From: Bacteroidota bacterium | GTDB taxonomy: Bacteria > Bacteroidota > Bacteroidia > Bacteroidales > JADFUO01 | NCBI GenBank assembly: GCA_030610255.1 | Contig: JAUWSB010000001.1 | Span: 1-35,349, forward strand | Reading direction: 5' to 3' | Length of the DNA: 35,349 nt | Part shown: positions 1-9,253 of the stretch, piece by piece | Layout: every line of letters starts with the position of its first letter | How positions within the stretch are numbered: the stretch's first letter is position 1 | Translations under genes and position numbers: made by a program | Notes under the pieces: generated by a model | Databases searched by the model: none | What the model was told of the DNA's origin: nothing | What the model saw: only the letters and a program-made list of their open reading frames with translations

Positions 1-273
1 AGAGTAATCAACACAGGCGATAAGAAAAGTTTGGGATATTTTTCTCTTTTAAATGCTTCGACATCAGCTATGGTTCATAAGCTGGCAAAACAAAACATTG
101 AAAAATATAAACCGGATATTATTATTAGTATTCCTTATGATACATCTGGAACTTTCGACTTTCATAGAGCGGAAAAACTGATTAAAATTGGAGAAAGCGC
201 TGCAAATAAAGAAATTTCAAAATATTTTAATTCTAAAAAACTTGAAAACAACAGCAATTATATGTGCCTATAA
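1..273 (+). CDS. C-terminal end of a patatin-like phospholipase family protein (5' part lies outside the window)
   Basis: Frame 1 is open from base 1 to TAA at 271-273 (the track start at 31 is only a TTG). The tail PDIIISIPYDTSGTFDFHRAEKLIKIGESAA resembles the C-terminal DF-x-x-A-x-x-x-I-x-x-G end of bacterial patatin/RssA-like lipases. Only about 90 aa are visible, so the family call is tentative. Confidence 0.4.
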   Translation, partial: RVINTGDKKSLGYFSLLNASTSAMVHKLAKQNIEKYKPDIIISIPYDTSGTFDFHRAEKLIKIGESAANKEISKYFNSKKLENNSNYMCL

Positions 274-931
274 CGAAGAAAAAACCATAAAAAACGTTGT
301 TTCAAACATCTCAGATTATTTAATAGATGAGATTATAGTTGTAAATGACGGCTCATTGGATAATACAAAAGAAATATTAACAGATTTGCAAAAAGAGATT
401 AATTTCAAATGTATAGAATTGTCCGAAAATAAAGGTAAGGGCTATGCAATGGCTATGGGTGTTGAACAAGCCAAGGGAGAGATTATTGTTTTTATTGATG
501 CCGATTTATCAAACCTGAAAGAAGAACATTTTTTTCAACTTCTTTCGCCGATATTAAAAAATGAAGCAGACATGGTTTTAGGTCAGGCAACAGAAACTTT
601 AATTAATTATAGTGTTAATCCTTTTAAATCATTGTCGGGAGAACGTGCATTAAGGAAAAAAGACATTCTTCCAATTCTTAATAAAATCAAACATTCAAGA
701 TTTGGAGTAGAAACACTTATTAATATATATTATCAATCGCAAGGCAAAAAAATAAAGTATGTAATGCTAAATAAATTAAAGCATCCTACTAAATTTCAAA
801 ACACAACAACCATAAATGCAACAAAAGAATTTTTGATAGCGGGACAGGAAATTGCTATTACTGTATTGAATAATTATGATTTAATCTTAAAAATAATTAA
901 AAAATCTATTTATAAAAATATTAAAATATGA
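242..931 (+). CDS. family 2 glycosyltransferase (GT-A fold, small soluble DPM1-like type)
   Basis: The track ORF 188-931 begins at TTG and no ATG precedes the conserved N-terminus. TTG at 242 gives (M)KTTAIICAYNEEKTI, a normal GT2 N-terminus. Motifs VVNDGSLDNT and FIDADL (DxD) are present. The stop TGA overlaps the next ATG (ATGA at 928-931). The start is uncertain (188 or 242). Confidence 0.8.
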   Translation: MKTTAIICAYNEEKTIKNVVSNISDYLIDEIIVVNDGSLDNTKEILTDLQKEINFKCIELSENKGKGYAMAMGVEQAKGEIIVFIDADLSNLKEEHFFQLLSPILKNEADMVLGQATETLINYSVNPFKSLSGERALRKKDILPILNKIKHSRFGVETLINIYYQSQGKKIKYVMLNKLKHPTKFQNTTTINATKEFLIAGQEIAITVLNNYDLILKIIKKSIYKNIKI

Positions 932-2304
932 AACGAATAAATATAATTTACATGTCTGTTATTATGCTTTTTTTCATTACAAGCATAGTTAAAGCACAGG
1001 ATAACAAATTAAAATTGTCGGGAGAATTTCTTACTGACCAACGATTTTTATTAGAAAAAAATTACGATTGGGCATGGAACGAAAACCGGTTAAGTCTGCA
1101 ATTGGACAAAAAATTATTTGGTGATTCAAAATTCCATAGCGATATTTGGTTGCGAAACATTGGTTTGCCAAAAACAGCAAAATCAAGTGATCTATATAAT
1201 TTGAATATTATTGATCCGTATAATCTTGAAATCAGAGAAGCTTATGTTGAAATGTACGGATTTTTGACAAAAAATTTAGATGTAAAAATCGGGAAACAAC
1301 GAATTGCATGGGGCACAGCCGACAAGCTTAACCCGACTGACAATCTAAACCCTTATGACCTTGAAGATGTGTTAGACTTTGGAAGGCACAGGGGCTCCAT
1401 TGCTCTTAATCTTATTTATTATTTGAACAACGATTTTTCGGTGCAAGGTGTTTATATCCCGGTTTTCCAGCCCGCAAATATGCCAGTGGGGATTTTCGCC
1501 AATGCTTTAACTCCACAAATGGAACTTCCTTCCGGAATGGAATTAAAAGGATTTTCCGATACATTGTTAATACCCAGTTACAACCTGGGAGAAAGCTCAA
1601 TAGCAGGTTTCAGGTTTAAAGGATTTGCCGGAGGTTTCGATTTTTCATTGAGCTACGTATGGGGCAGAGATGGATTGCCTATCGGAACTTACAATACTTT
1701 TACTCCTGTTGATACTATCGGTGGTATTGATATTAACTCTAAACTTTTTTTTACAAGAACTCACATTTTTGGAGCTGATTTGGCAGGAAGCATTGGCAGT
1801 GTCGGAGTTTGGGCGGAAGCTGCCGCTTTTCTTCCCGAAAGCGATGTTGTAATGACAAACGATATGTCGGCAATGTATCCATTGTCGCCTGTTCCTGTAA
1901 CTCAGGATACAACAGTGCTAAAAAAAGAGGTTTATGTGAAATTCATTGTTGGCGGCGATTATACATTTGTTAATGGCACTTATCTGAACTTCCAGTATTT
2001 ACACGGTTTTGTTAATGAAAGAGGCAGAGCCGGTTTAAACGATTATTTCTTTGTAAGATTAGAAAAGAAATTTTTTGATGAAAAACTAAAAATTGCTCCA
2101 CTTAATGGAGGATTTATTATTTCAGATTGGGCTGATATAGAAAATAATTATTCAATAATTTATATACCTGAAATTACATACTATGCAACCGATAATGTTG
2201 AAATTTCACTTGCTGCTGCTTTTTTTGATGGTAAAGGAGATGATATTTTTTCAAACTTCAAAGATTATAATATGATGATGTTTAGATTAAAATATAGTTT
2301 TTAA
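928..2304 (+). CDS. putative outer-membrane beta-barrel protein (family not assigned)
   Basis: It starts at ATG and has a signal peptide (MSVIMLFFITSIVKAQ). The body shows alternating amphipathic beta-strand-like composition rich in G/Y/F/N, and the C-terminus ends in an aromatic residue (FRLKYSF), typical of BamA substrates. The GKQRIAWGTADKLNP motif is reminiscent of AlgE/DUF1302-like barrels. Confidence 0.6.
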   Translation: MKRINIIYMSVIMLFFITSIVKAQDNKLKLSGEFLTDQRFLLEKNYDWAWNENRLSLQLDKKLFGDSKFHSDIWLRNIGLPKTAKSSDLYNLNIIDPYNLEIREAYVEMYGFLTKNLDVKIGKQRIAWGTADKLNPTDNLNPYDLEDVLDFGRHRGSIALNLIYYLNNDFSVQGVYIPVFQPANMPVGIFANALTPQMELPSGMELKGFSDTLLIPSYNLGESSIAGFRFKGFAGGFDFSLSYVWGRDGLPIGTYNTFTPVDTIGGIDINSKLFFTRTHIFGADLAGSIGSVGVWAEAAAFLPESDVVMTNDMSAMYPLSPVPVTQDTTVLKKEVYVKFIVGGDYTFVNGTYLNFQYLHGFVNERGRAGLNDYFFVRLEKKFFDEKLKIAPLNGGFIISDWADIENNYSIIYIPEITYYATDNVEISLAAAFFDGKGDDIFSNFKDYNMMMFRLKYSF

Positions 2305-2335
2305 TATTAATAGATTATTCACTCTTGTAATTTTA

Positions 2336-5300
2336 TTAGGATTTACTAAAAAATCTTATTCCTGCAAGTTTTGCTTTGTTCCCCATTAAATACATTGCCG
2401 GAACAACAATAAGAGTAAGAACCGTAGCAAAAGTTAAGCCGAAAATAATAGTCCATGCCATAGGTCCCCAAAAATCAGCATTATCTCCTCCAAAGTAAAT
2501 GTTCGGACTGAAATTAATTAATAAGCCATTAAAATCAATATTCAGTCCTGATGCCATTGGCAGTAATCCCAGTATTGTTGTTATGGCAGTTAAAAGTACA
2601 GGGCGAAGCCGGGTTTTTCCTGCCAGTATAATACATTCAATTGAAGATTCAATAGGTAAATCTTCATAAACTTTTATACCTGTTTCTTTTTTCTTTTTAA
2701 GTTTTAAAAAGTCAATATAATCAATTAAAACTATGGCATTATTAACTACAATTCCTGCAAGGGATATAATTCCTAAACCGGTCATAACTAAAATAAAATC
2801 TATATTAAAAGTAGCAAGTCCGCCAAATACTCCAATAGTACTTAACAGCACACTGGCAATAATTATCAATGGTTTAATAAATGAATTGAATTGTGTAACA
2901 AGTATAATTAAAATTAACGCAATTGCAATTATAAGAGCTTTGGTAAGGAAAGCCATGGTTTCATCCTGTTCTTGTTGCTCGCCGGTAAAATTTAAGGAAT
3001 AAGCTTCAGGTAAGTCAAAATCAGCAAGCAGGGACTTTAACATGTTATTGATTTTAGTTGGATTATATCCCTCAATAACATTTGAATATAATGTAATAAC
3101 CCTGTTCATGTCTATTCTTTTTACTGCACCGTAAGTTGTACTGTAAGTGAAATCAGCAACCGATGAAATTGGAACCTGCATAATTTTTCCGGTTGATTGA
3201 CTTCTGAACGTAATTTTCTGGTTCATCAATGAAGAAATAGTATTTCTGTATTTTTTATCAAGGCGTAATTGGATCGGATATTCATCTTCACCTTCCTTAT
3301 AATCGGATATTTCTTTTCCGAATAAAGCTGTTCTTATTGTACTTGCAATTTGGGCAGTTGACAAGCCAAATCTTCTTGCTCTTTCCCTGTTAATGTTTAT
3401 CAATAATTCGGGCATTCCAACATCCAGATCGATTTTAAGTCCTTCAATACCTTCAATATTTTCTTTATCAATAACTTGTTCAATAGAATCCGTTAAAAAG
3501 AGTAATTTGTTAAAATCTTTTCCTGAAATTTCAATATTAATGGGTTTTCCGGTGGGAGGTCCCATCCTATTTTTTTCAATAGTAAATTGAATGCCTGGAT
3601 ATTTTCCCAATATATTATTACTGATTTCTTTCATTACTTCAGATGTTCGAATTCCTTTCCTGTCTTCATAATCAACAAATGAAATTGTTATCATTCCTTT
3701 ATTTGGAGTATTTCCAATCGGGAAATCATCTTGCCCTATAACTCCCTGACCAATTGTTGTGAGAATGGATTTTATGTTTTTTTCATAAGGTTCAACTAAT
3801 ATAAAGATTTCTTCTTCAAGTTTTTTCATAAAAGTATCGGTAGCAGTAATATCAGAACCTATTGGGAGCTCTGCAATGACATTTATGTATGTAGGTTCAT
3901 TTTCCGGAAAAAGTAAAATATTTGTTCTTCTTACAATAAAGAATACTATTGTAAGAAATAGCAATAAAAATGTACATATTATAGTTATTGTCGGTCTTGG
4001 TCCCCGTAAGATGAATTTTAGGATTTTTAAATAAAAACTTTCAAGTTTTACTAAAAAAGTATTTTGAAACCAGTTTGCCGCATTAGCCAAAACAAAAAGA
4101 TTTAAAAGTATCAGAATAGAAAATATTATTAAGAGACTTCCAAATAATGGGATGTTAGAAATGTAAAACAAAACAGATATTACCAACATTATGACTACAG
4201 TAATAAAAGCTCTTTTTTTATTGGTTTTTTTCTTTTCAATATCTTTTTTGATAAATGTTGACGCTAAAACGGGTATGATTATCAAAGCAACAAATAATGA
4301 AGAAGTTAAAACAATTATTAAAGTAATTGGCAGATGTTTCATAAACTCACCCATAATACCGGGCCAAAAAACCAAAGGAAAGAATGCAGCAAGTGTTGTG
4401 GCGGTAGATGCAATAATTGCAAGAGAAATTTCACCAACCGCCAGCTTGGCGGCATTAAATAAAGAATAACCGCGTTGAATAAAACGATAAATATTTTCAA
4501 CAACAACAATTGCATTATCAACTAACATTCCTAAGGCGAGAACCAATCCGAAAAGCACCATCATATTTATTGTTGAACCTAATAAGCTCAACACAGAAAA
4601 AGATATAAACATTGACATTGGAATGGCAATACCAACAAAAAGTGCATTTCTGAATCCTAAAAAGAAGAACAATACCATGATAACAAAAATAATACCCATT
4701 ATTATGTTGTTTTCCAGGTTATGTAACATGTCTCTTACATATTCGGATTGGTCATTTGAAATTGTAATTTTCAGGTTTTCAGGTAATATTTTGGAATTTT
4801 TTGCGAGTGTAAGGATATTTAAAATTTTATCTGTAGCAGACAATAAGTTTTCACCGCTTTTCTTAATTACCTGTAAAGAAACTACAGCTTGCCTGTCTAA
4901 TCTGGCAATAGTTAGAGGGTCTTCATATCCGTCAATAACCCGTGCAACATCTTTAAGATAAACAATATTACCTTTTTCATGTTTTACAATAATATCTTCA
5001 ATTTCCTTGATATTTGTAAATTCGCCTATTGTGCGGATTGAGCGGGTGGTTTTATCAATTTTTAGGTCACCCCCCGATATTGAAACATTTTCAAAGGCAA
5101 TTGCATTTTCAATATCGTTAAAGTTTAATTCAAATGATTCTAATTTGTGAATATCAATATTAATTTGAATTTCTCTTTTGTCTAATCCCCTGAGTTCAAC
5201 TTTTGAAATTTCAGAAATTGTTTCAATTTCATCTTCAAGGTATTCTGCAAATCCTTTAAGCTCGGTTTTACTGTAATCGCCTGATAAATTGATGTTGATA

Positions 5301-5776
5301 ATTGGGAATTCATTAAAGTCAAGATCCATTACTATCGGGTCAATATCCAGATCGTCGGGCAATTCACTTTTAGCTTTATCAACGGCATCTTTAACATCCT
5401 GCAATGCCTCTTTAATAACTATGCCGGTTTTAAATTCAACAAAAATATCCGAATTATCCTGTGTTGAAGTTGACCTTAATTCCTTAATACCGTTTATTGT
5501 TTGGATTTCTTTTTCAAGAGGTCTGGTAATAAGGTTTTCAATGTCAACAGGTGTGTTGCCCGGATAAATTGTTTTAACAAATATTGTTGGGTAGTATATT
5601 TCGGGGAATAATTCTTTTTGGCTGTTTATATATGATGAAATACCGGCAACGGCTAAGAGTATTATCATTAAAAAAATAGTATTACGGTTTTTTAACGACA
5701 GGGTAGTTAGTTTAAACTCACGGATTACTTTGTCTTTGGTGTTTTTGTTCATTCTGTTGTAAGTTTTTTTTATCAT
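2336..5776 (-). CDS. RND efflux transporter permease, AcrB/HAE1-like inner membrane subunit
   Basis: 1146 aa with an ATG start. It has two-fold repeated architecture with large periplasmic loops. Conserved TM4/TM10-type motifs are GLVLALGMLVDNAIVVVENI and GIISLAGIVVNNAIVLIDYI. It lies 3 nt downstream of the adaptor gene. Confidence 0.95.
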   Translation of the reverse strand: MIKKTYNRMNKNTKDKVIREFKLTTLSLKNRNTIFLMIILLAVAGISSYINSQKELFPEIYYPTIFVKTIYPGNTPVDIENLITRPLEKEIQTINGIKELRSTSTQDNSDIFVEFKTGIVIKEALQDVKDAVDKAKSELPDDLDIDPIVMDLDFNEFPIININLSGDYSKTELKGFAEYLEDEIETISEISKVELRGLDKREIQINIDIHKLESFELNFNDIENAIAFENVSISGGDLKIDKTTRSIRTIGEFTNIKEIEDIIVKHEKGNIVYLKDVARVIDGYEDPLTIARLDRQAVVSLQVIKKSGENLLSATDKILNILTLAKNSKILPENLKITISNDQSEYVRDMLHNLENNIIMGIIFVIMVLFFFLGFRNALFVGIAIPMSMFISFSVLSLLGSTINMMVLFGLVLALGMLVDNAIVVVENIYRFIQRGYSLFNAAKLAVGEISLAIIASTATTLAAFFPLVFWPGIMGEFMKHLPITLIIVLTSSLFVALIIIPVLASTFIKKDIEKKKTNKKRAFITVVIMLVISVLFYISNIPLFGSLLIIFSILILLNLFVLANAANWFQNTFLVKLESFYLKILKFILRGPRPTITIICTFLLLFLTIVFFIVRRTNILLFPENEPTYINVIAELPIGSDITATDTFMKKLEEEIFILVEPYEKNIKSILTTIGQGVIGQDDFPIGNTPNKGMITISFVDYEDRKGIRTSEVMKEISNNILGKYPGIQFTIEKNRMGPPTGKPINIEISGKDFNKLLFLTDSIEQVIDKENIEGIEGLKIDLDVGMPELLININRERARRFGLSTAQIASTIRTALFGKEISDYKEGEDEYPIQLRLDKKYRNTISSLMNQKITFRSQSTGKIMQVPISSVADFTYSTTYGAVKRIDMNRVITLYSNVIEGYNPTKINNMLKSLLADFDLPEAYSLNFTGEQQEQDETMAFLTKALIIAIALILIILVTQFNSFIKPLIIIASVLLSTIGVFGGLATFNIDFILVMTGLGIISLAGIVVNNAIVLIDYIDFLKLKKKKETGIKVYEDLPIESSIECIILAGKTRLRPVLLTAITTILGLLPMASGLNIDFNGLLINFSPNIYFGGDNADFWGPMAWTIIFGLTFATVLTLIVVPAMYLMGNKAKLAGIRFFSKS

Positions 5777-5779
5777 TAA

Positions 5780-6907
5780 TTAAATCATTTTTATCTCCGT
5801 CCCGTTCTTAACTAAATTATAACCTTTGGTAATAACCATTTGTCCGGGATTTAATCCTTCGGTTATCATAGTATTACTTCCGTATGACATACCGGTTTTT
5901 ACATATACTTTTTTAGCAATCATGTTTTCACTTTGTTTATCAACCATATATACATAAGAGCCGTTAAAATCCTGCTTAATAATTATTGAAGGAACAACTA
6001 AAGCAGAATCAGTGGAAAAATCATTTATTTTGATTACTGATAAAATATTTGGCTTTAATTTTTCACCCCGGTTATTAATTTTCAGCTGAACTGTAAAAGT
6101 CCGGTTTTCAGGTTTTACAACATTTCCGATTCTGTGAATAGGAACTTCCATCTTGATTTCCGGATAAGCAGGAAATTCAAGAGTTACCATATCTCCTTTA
6201 TTAATATTAGGTAAATATGCTTCCGAAACATCAATGTTTATGTATAATTTATCAAGGTTTATTATTTGCATTAATTGTATGCCGGGCATTCCAAGCTCTC
6301 CTTCCTTTTGGAATATTTCATCCACAATTCCATCAATAGGTGATTTAACCAAAGCCATTTCTAATTGAGCATTAAGAGTGTTAAGTTTGTTTTCTAAAGA
6401 TTCTTTGTTGTTTTTGGCTTCAAGAAATTGGAGTTCGGAACCGATTTTCTTTTTCCATAATTGTTTTTGTTTTTCATATATTGTTGTAGCCAGGTCAAGA
6501 GAAGTTTTAACCTCATTAATTGTGTTTTCGGTAATACTGGTATTTATTTTGACAAGTAAATCACCTTTTTTAACTCTTACGCCTTCAGTTACGTAAATCT
6601 TTTTAATTTGTCCGTTTATTTCCGGGCTGATAAAAGCTTCATTTATTGATTCAACCGAACCACTGGCATCTAAAAAGTGGTTGAATTTTTGATAATCAAG
6701 TTTTGACACCGATACGGGGATTTTATGTTTCGACTCATTATCGTTTGAGTATTTGTTAAGCTCTTCTTCAAGCTTAACAATTTTATGATTGAGTTTACTA
6801 ATATCGTTTTTATATCCATGAATTTTTTCTTTTATTGCTTCAGGGCTATCAGTTGACTGACATGCTGTAAGAATGATCATTAGTAATAAAAATATTATTT
6901 TTTTCAT
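5780..6907 (-). CDS. RND efflux periplasmic adaptor (membrane fusion protein, HlyD/AcrA family), lipoprotein
   Basis: 375 aa with a lipobox-like signal (LLMIILTAC). It has a coiled-coil hairpin segment (KQKQLWKKKIGSELQFLEAKNNKESLENKLNTLNAQLEMA) flanked by lipoyl/beta-barrel-like segments. It is positioned between the TolC and RND genes. Confidence 0.9.
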   Translation of the reverse strand: MKKIIFLLLMIILTACQSTDSPEAIKEKIHGYKNDISKLNHKIVKLEEELNKYSNDNESKHKIPVSVSKLDYQKFNHFLDASGSVESINEAFISPEINGQIKKIYVTEGVRVKKGDLLVKINTSITENTINEVKTSLDLATTIYEKQKQLWKKKIGSELQFLEAKNNKESLENKLNTLNAQLEMALVKSPIDGIVDEIFQKEGELGMPGIQLMQIINLDKLYINIDVSEAYLPNINKGDMVTLEFPAYPEIKMEVPIHRIGNVVKPENRTFTVQLKINNRGEKLKPNILSVIKINDFSTDSALVVPSIIIKQDFNGSYVYMVDKQSENMIAKKVYVKTGMSYGSNTMITEGLNPGQMVITKGYNLVKNGTEIKMI

Positions 6908-6924
6908 TTTGTATTATTTTTTTA

Positions 6925-7168
6925 ATTTGTAACTAATCAGTTTATTAATCAATTCCTATTCTTTCCCGATAGCCTATCGGGATTGAGGATAGATTATAAA
7001 AATGGTATCCATACGGACGCCCTGCGATTGTAAGGGAAATAAAGGTATAGGGGGTATAAGGGTACTAATACCCATATTTCCCCTATTTCCCTTATTCCCC
7101 TTATTTCCCAATTCAATAATAATAATTTGTTAAAAAATTCCATTGTTAATTTAATAATTATTAGCTAC
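6925..7168 (+). repeat. MITE-like structured intergenic repeat, copy 1 (about 244 bp)
   Basis: It shares with 25951-26148 an identical 36-bp left end (ATTTGTAACTAATCAGTTTATTAATCAATTCCTATT) and a 16-bp right block (CATTGTTAATTTAATA, 7141-7156). The termini are inverted: GTAACTAAT / ATTAGCTAC. The core 7034-7109 is a G-rich arm facing a C-rich arm of about four 9-bp units. An extra perfect hairpin TCCCGATA-gcc-TATCGGGA sits at 6964-6982. Confidence 0.75.
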
Positions 7169-7169
7169 T

Positions 7170-8567
7170 TTAGTTTTTGGTTAATAATTTATCTAAAGTT
7201 AATTTTGTTTCAAGTAAATTAAATATAGAGTTAATATAATCGGATTCGGCAGTTAAAAATTGATTATGAGCCTGTAAAAGATCCATACTTGAAGAAATTC
7301 CTTCCAGGTATTTAATTTCGGTTTTTTTGTAGATTTTTTTAGCAATTTCCAAACTTTTCTGTTTATTGGTGTACACCATAAGTGCATTATAAAATTCGTT
7401 TCTTAAAGTATTAACCTGTATGGTTAAACCGGCTTTAAGTTTTTTATCCTCTTCGTTTAGTTTATTAAGTTCTAATTTTTTTTGCTGAACTTTTGCGCTT
7501 CTGCTTCCACTGCTGAAAATAGGGACATCCAATTGAATACCCCAGAAAGTTGTAGGATACCATGGTTTATTTCCGTCAAAAAAATTAAAATCGTTTCGCA
7601 TTGCATTTGTCTGGGCACTGAAAAATGCTGACATTGTGGGCAGATATGATGCTTTTTCAAGTTTTAACAACAAATGTGAAAGTTTTTTCTGGTTTTCGAG
7701 AACTATATAATCAATGTTTTGATTGTAATCAAAAGCTGTTGTCATAAGTGCGGTTTGATTAATTTCTGCTAATAAAGAGTTCAGGTCATTGGTAAGGTAA
7801 ATGCTGTCGTTTAAGCTTAATCCCATATAATATTTAAGGTAGGAATAGGCAATATCAACCTGATTTTTAGCAGTAAGAATAGATGCTTGCATATCGGTTA
7901 CAAGCAAATCCAGCTGATCAACATCAGTATCTTCAACAAATCCGATTTTATAAATTTCTTTTGTTTCGTAAGCCATTTTTTCAAGGTCAACAAGTGTGCT
8001 GTCTAAAATTGATTGATTTTTTTCAGTCACCAGAACTGCATAATATGCTTTTGCAATGATTTCTTTAATGTCAATTTTACTTTTTATAAATTGTTTTTCT
8101 GATTTATTAAGAAATGATTTTGCAGCTTGCAAACCAACAATATAAGAACCGCTAAAAATCAACTGACTTGCTGTAACTCCAGCGGTTAAATTATATTTTG
8201 TTCCGAACTGAGCTGGAAAAAACTTAGGTTCACCCAAAGGCACTTCCGGCTCTAATCCAAAATCATTTTCATTTACTTGATAAATAACAGGAGTTATAAA
8301 ATCGGGAAGAAGTGTAGTAGCAATATTAAGATAATTACTATTAGATAAACTACCGTTAATTTGTGGGAAACCTATAGAAACCGATTCTTTTACCCTTTTG
8401 TTGGCTATTAGAATATCTGTATAAGCATTTTTAATGTCATAATTATTTTCCAAAGCAAATTCCTGAGCTTCTTTTAATGTAAAATATTTTAACGACTGGC
8501 TATAAGTTGTATTAATATTGATTAGAAAAAAAAGATTGATCAATAAAATACTAAATATTTTCTTCAT
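7170..8567 (-). CDS. TolC-family outer membrane efflux protein
   Basis: 465 aa with a signal peptide (LLINLFFLININTTYSQS). It has the two-repeat OEP-like organisation with long helical, coiled-coil-prone segments. It is the first structural gene of a TolC-MFP-RND cluster, the usual Bacteroidota order. Confidence 0.9.
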   Translation of the reverse strand: MKKIFSILLINLFFLININTTYSQSLKYFTLKEAQEFALENNYDIKNAYTDILIANKRVKESVSIGFPQINGSLSNSNYLNIATTLLPDFITPVIYQVNENDFGLEPEVPLGEPKFFPAQFGTKYNLTAGVTASQLIFSGSYIVGLQAAKSFLNKSEKQFIKSKIDIKEIIAKAYYAVLVTEKNQSILDSTLVDLEKMAYETKEIYKIGFVEDTDVDQLDLLVTDMQASILTAKNQVDIAYSYLKYYMGLSLNDSIYLTNDLNSLLAEINQTALMTTAFDYNQNIDYIVLENQKKLSHLLLKLEKASYLPTMSAFFSAQTNAMRNDFNFFDGNKPWYPTTFWGIQLDVPIFSSGSRSAKVQQKKLELNKLNEEDKKLKAGLTIQVNTLRNEFYNALMVYTNKQKSLEIAKKIYKKTEIKYLEGISSSMDLLQAHNQFLTAESDYINSIFNLLETKLTLDKLLTKN

Positions 8568-8578
8568 AATACATACTG

Positions 8579-9211
8579 TTACTTTTTAGCTTTTAATAAT
8601 TTTTTTTGTTTTTCAAATTGCTTTTCATAGTATTTAATTCCTTCAGGCTTTGCAATACCTCTGATAAAATTTTCAAACATTACATTAAAAAAATTTTCGA
8701 AAGAATATTTTTCAGGCGGAAAAAATTCAGGGTTATGAATATCAATAAGCCGGCTTATATATAATCGTGCTATTAATTCAATGCTCAGGTCCTCACGATA
8801 TATACCTTGATTGATTCCTTTTGTAAGATTGATTTTAATTTTTTCAAAGATAAAATCTGTTCTTGCATCTAAATGTTTTTGATAAAGTTCGGGATAGTAT
8901 TTTTTTAATTCAAAAGTCAGTGAAGGAGTAACATCTTTAAATCTGAGAGCTATCTCTTTACTAACGGTTAAAAGTATATCAATTGCATTTACGCCTTCAA
9001 AGTCGTATTCATCAAAGATACTTTTAAACCTTTCTCTTTCAAATTCAAGAATCTTTTCTACTAAGTCGGTTTTATTTTTTATATATTTATAAAGTGTTTT
9101 TTTTGAGATACCCATTTTATTGCACATATCATCTATTGACATATTTTTTATACCATAAGTAAATGAAAGGTCGCGGGCTTTTTCTATGATTTCCTGTAAT
9201 TTTTTATCCAT
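8579..9211 (-). CDS. TetR/AcrR family transcriptional regulator
   Basis: 210 aa. The N-terminal HTH region MSIDDMCNKMGISKKTLYKYIKNKTDLV matches the TetR_N pattern (G-x-S-K-x-T-x-Y-x-Y-F/I-x-x-K). It lies 11 nt upstream of the TolC gene on the same strand. Confidence 0.85.
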   Translation of the reverse strand: MDKKLQEIIEKARDLSFTYGIKNMSIDDMCNKMGISKKTLYKYIKNKTDLVEKILEFERERFKSIFDEYDFEGVNAIDILLTVSKEIALRFKDVTPSLTFELKKYYPELYQKHLDARTDFIFEKIKINLTKGINQGIYREDLSIELIARLYISRLIDIHNPEFFPPEKYSFENFFNVMFENFIRGIAKPEGIKYYEKQFEKQKKLLKAKK

Positions 9212-9245
9212 GACACAAGTTATTTAGTTAAAAGTTAAAAAGGTA

Positions 9246-9253
9246 CAAAGGTA
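9246..9253 (-). promoter_or_regulatory. candidate Bacteroidota -7 promoter box (TACCTTTG) for the tetR-efflux operon
   Basis: The minus strand reads TACCTTTG, matching TAnnTTTG, about 35 nt upstream of the tetR ATG (9211). No well-spaced -33 TTTG was found. Confidence 0.35.
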
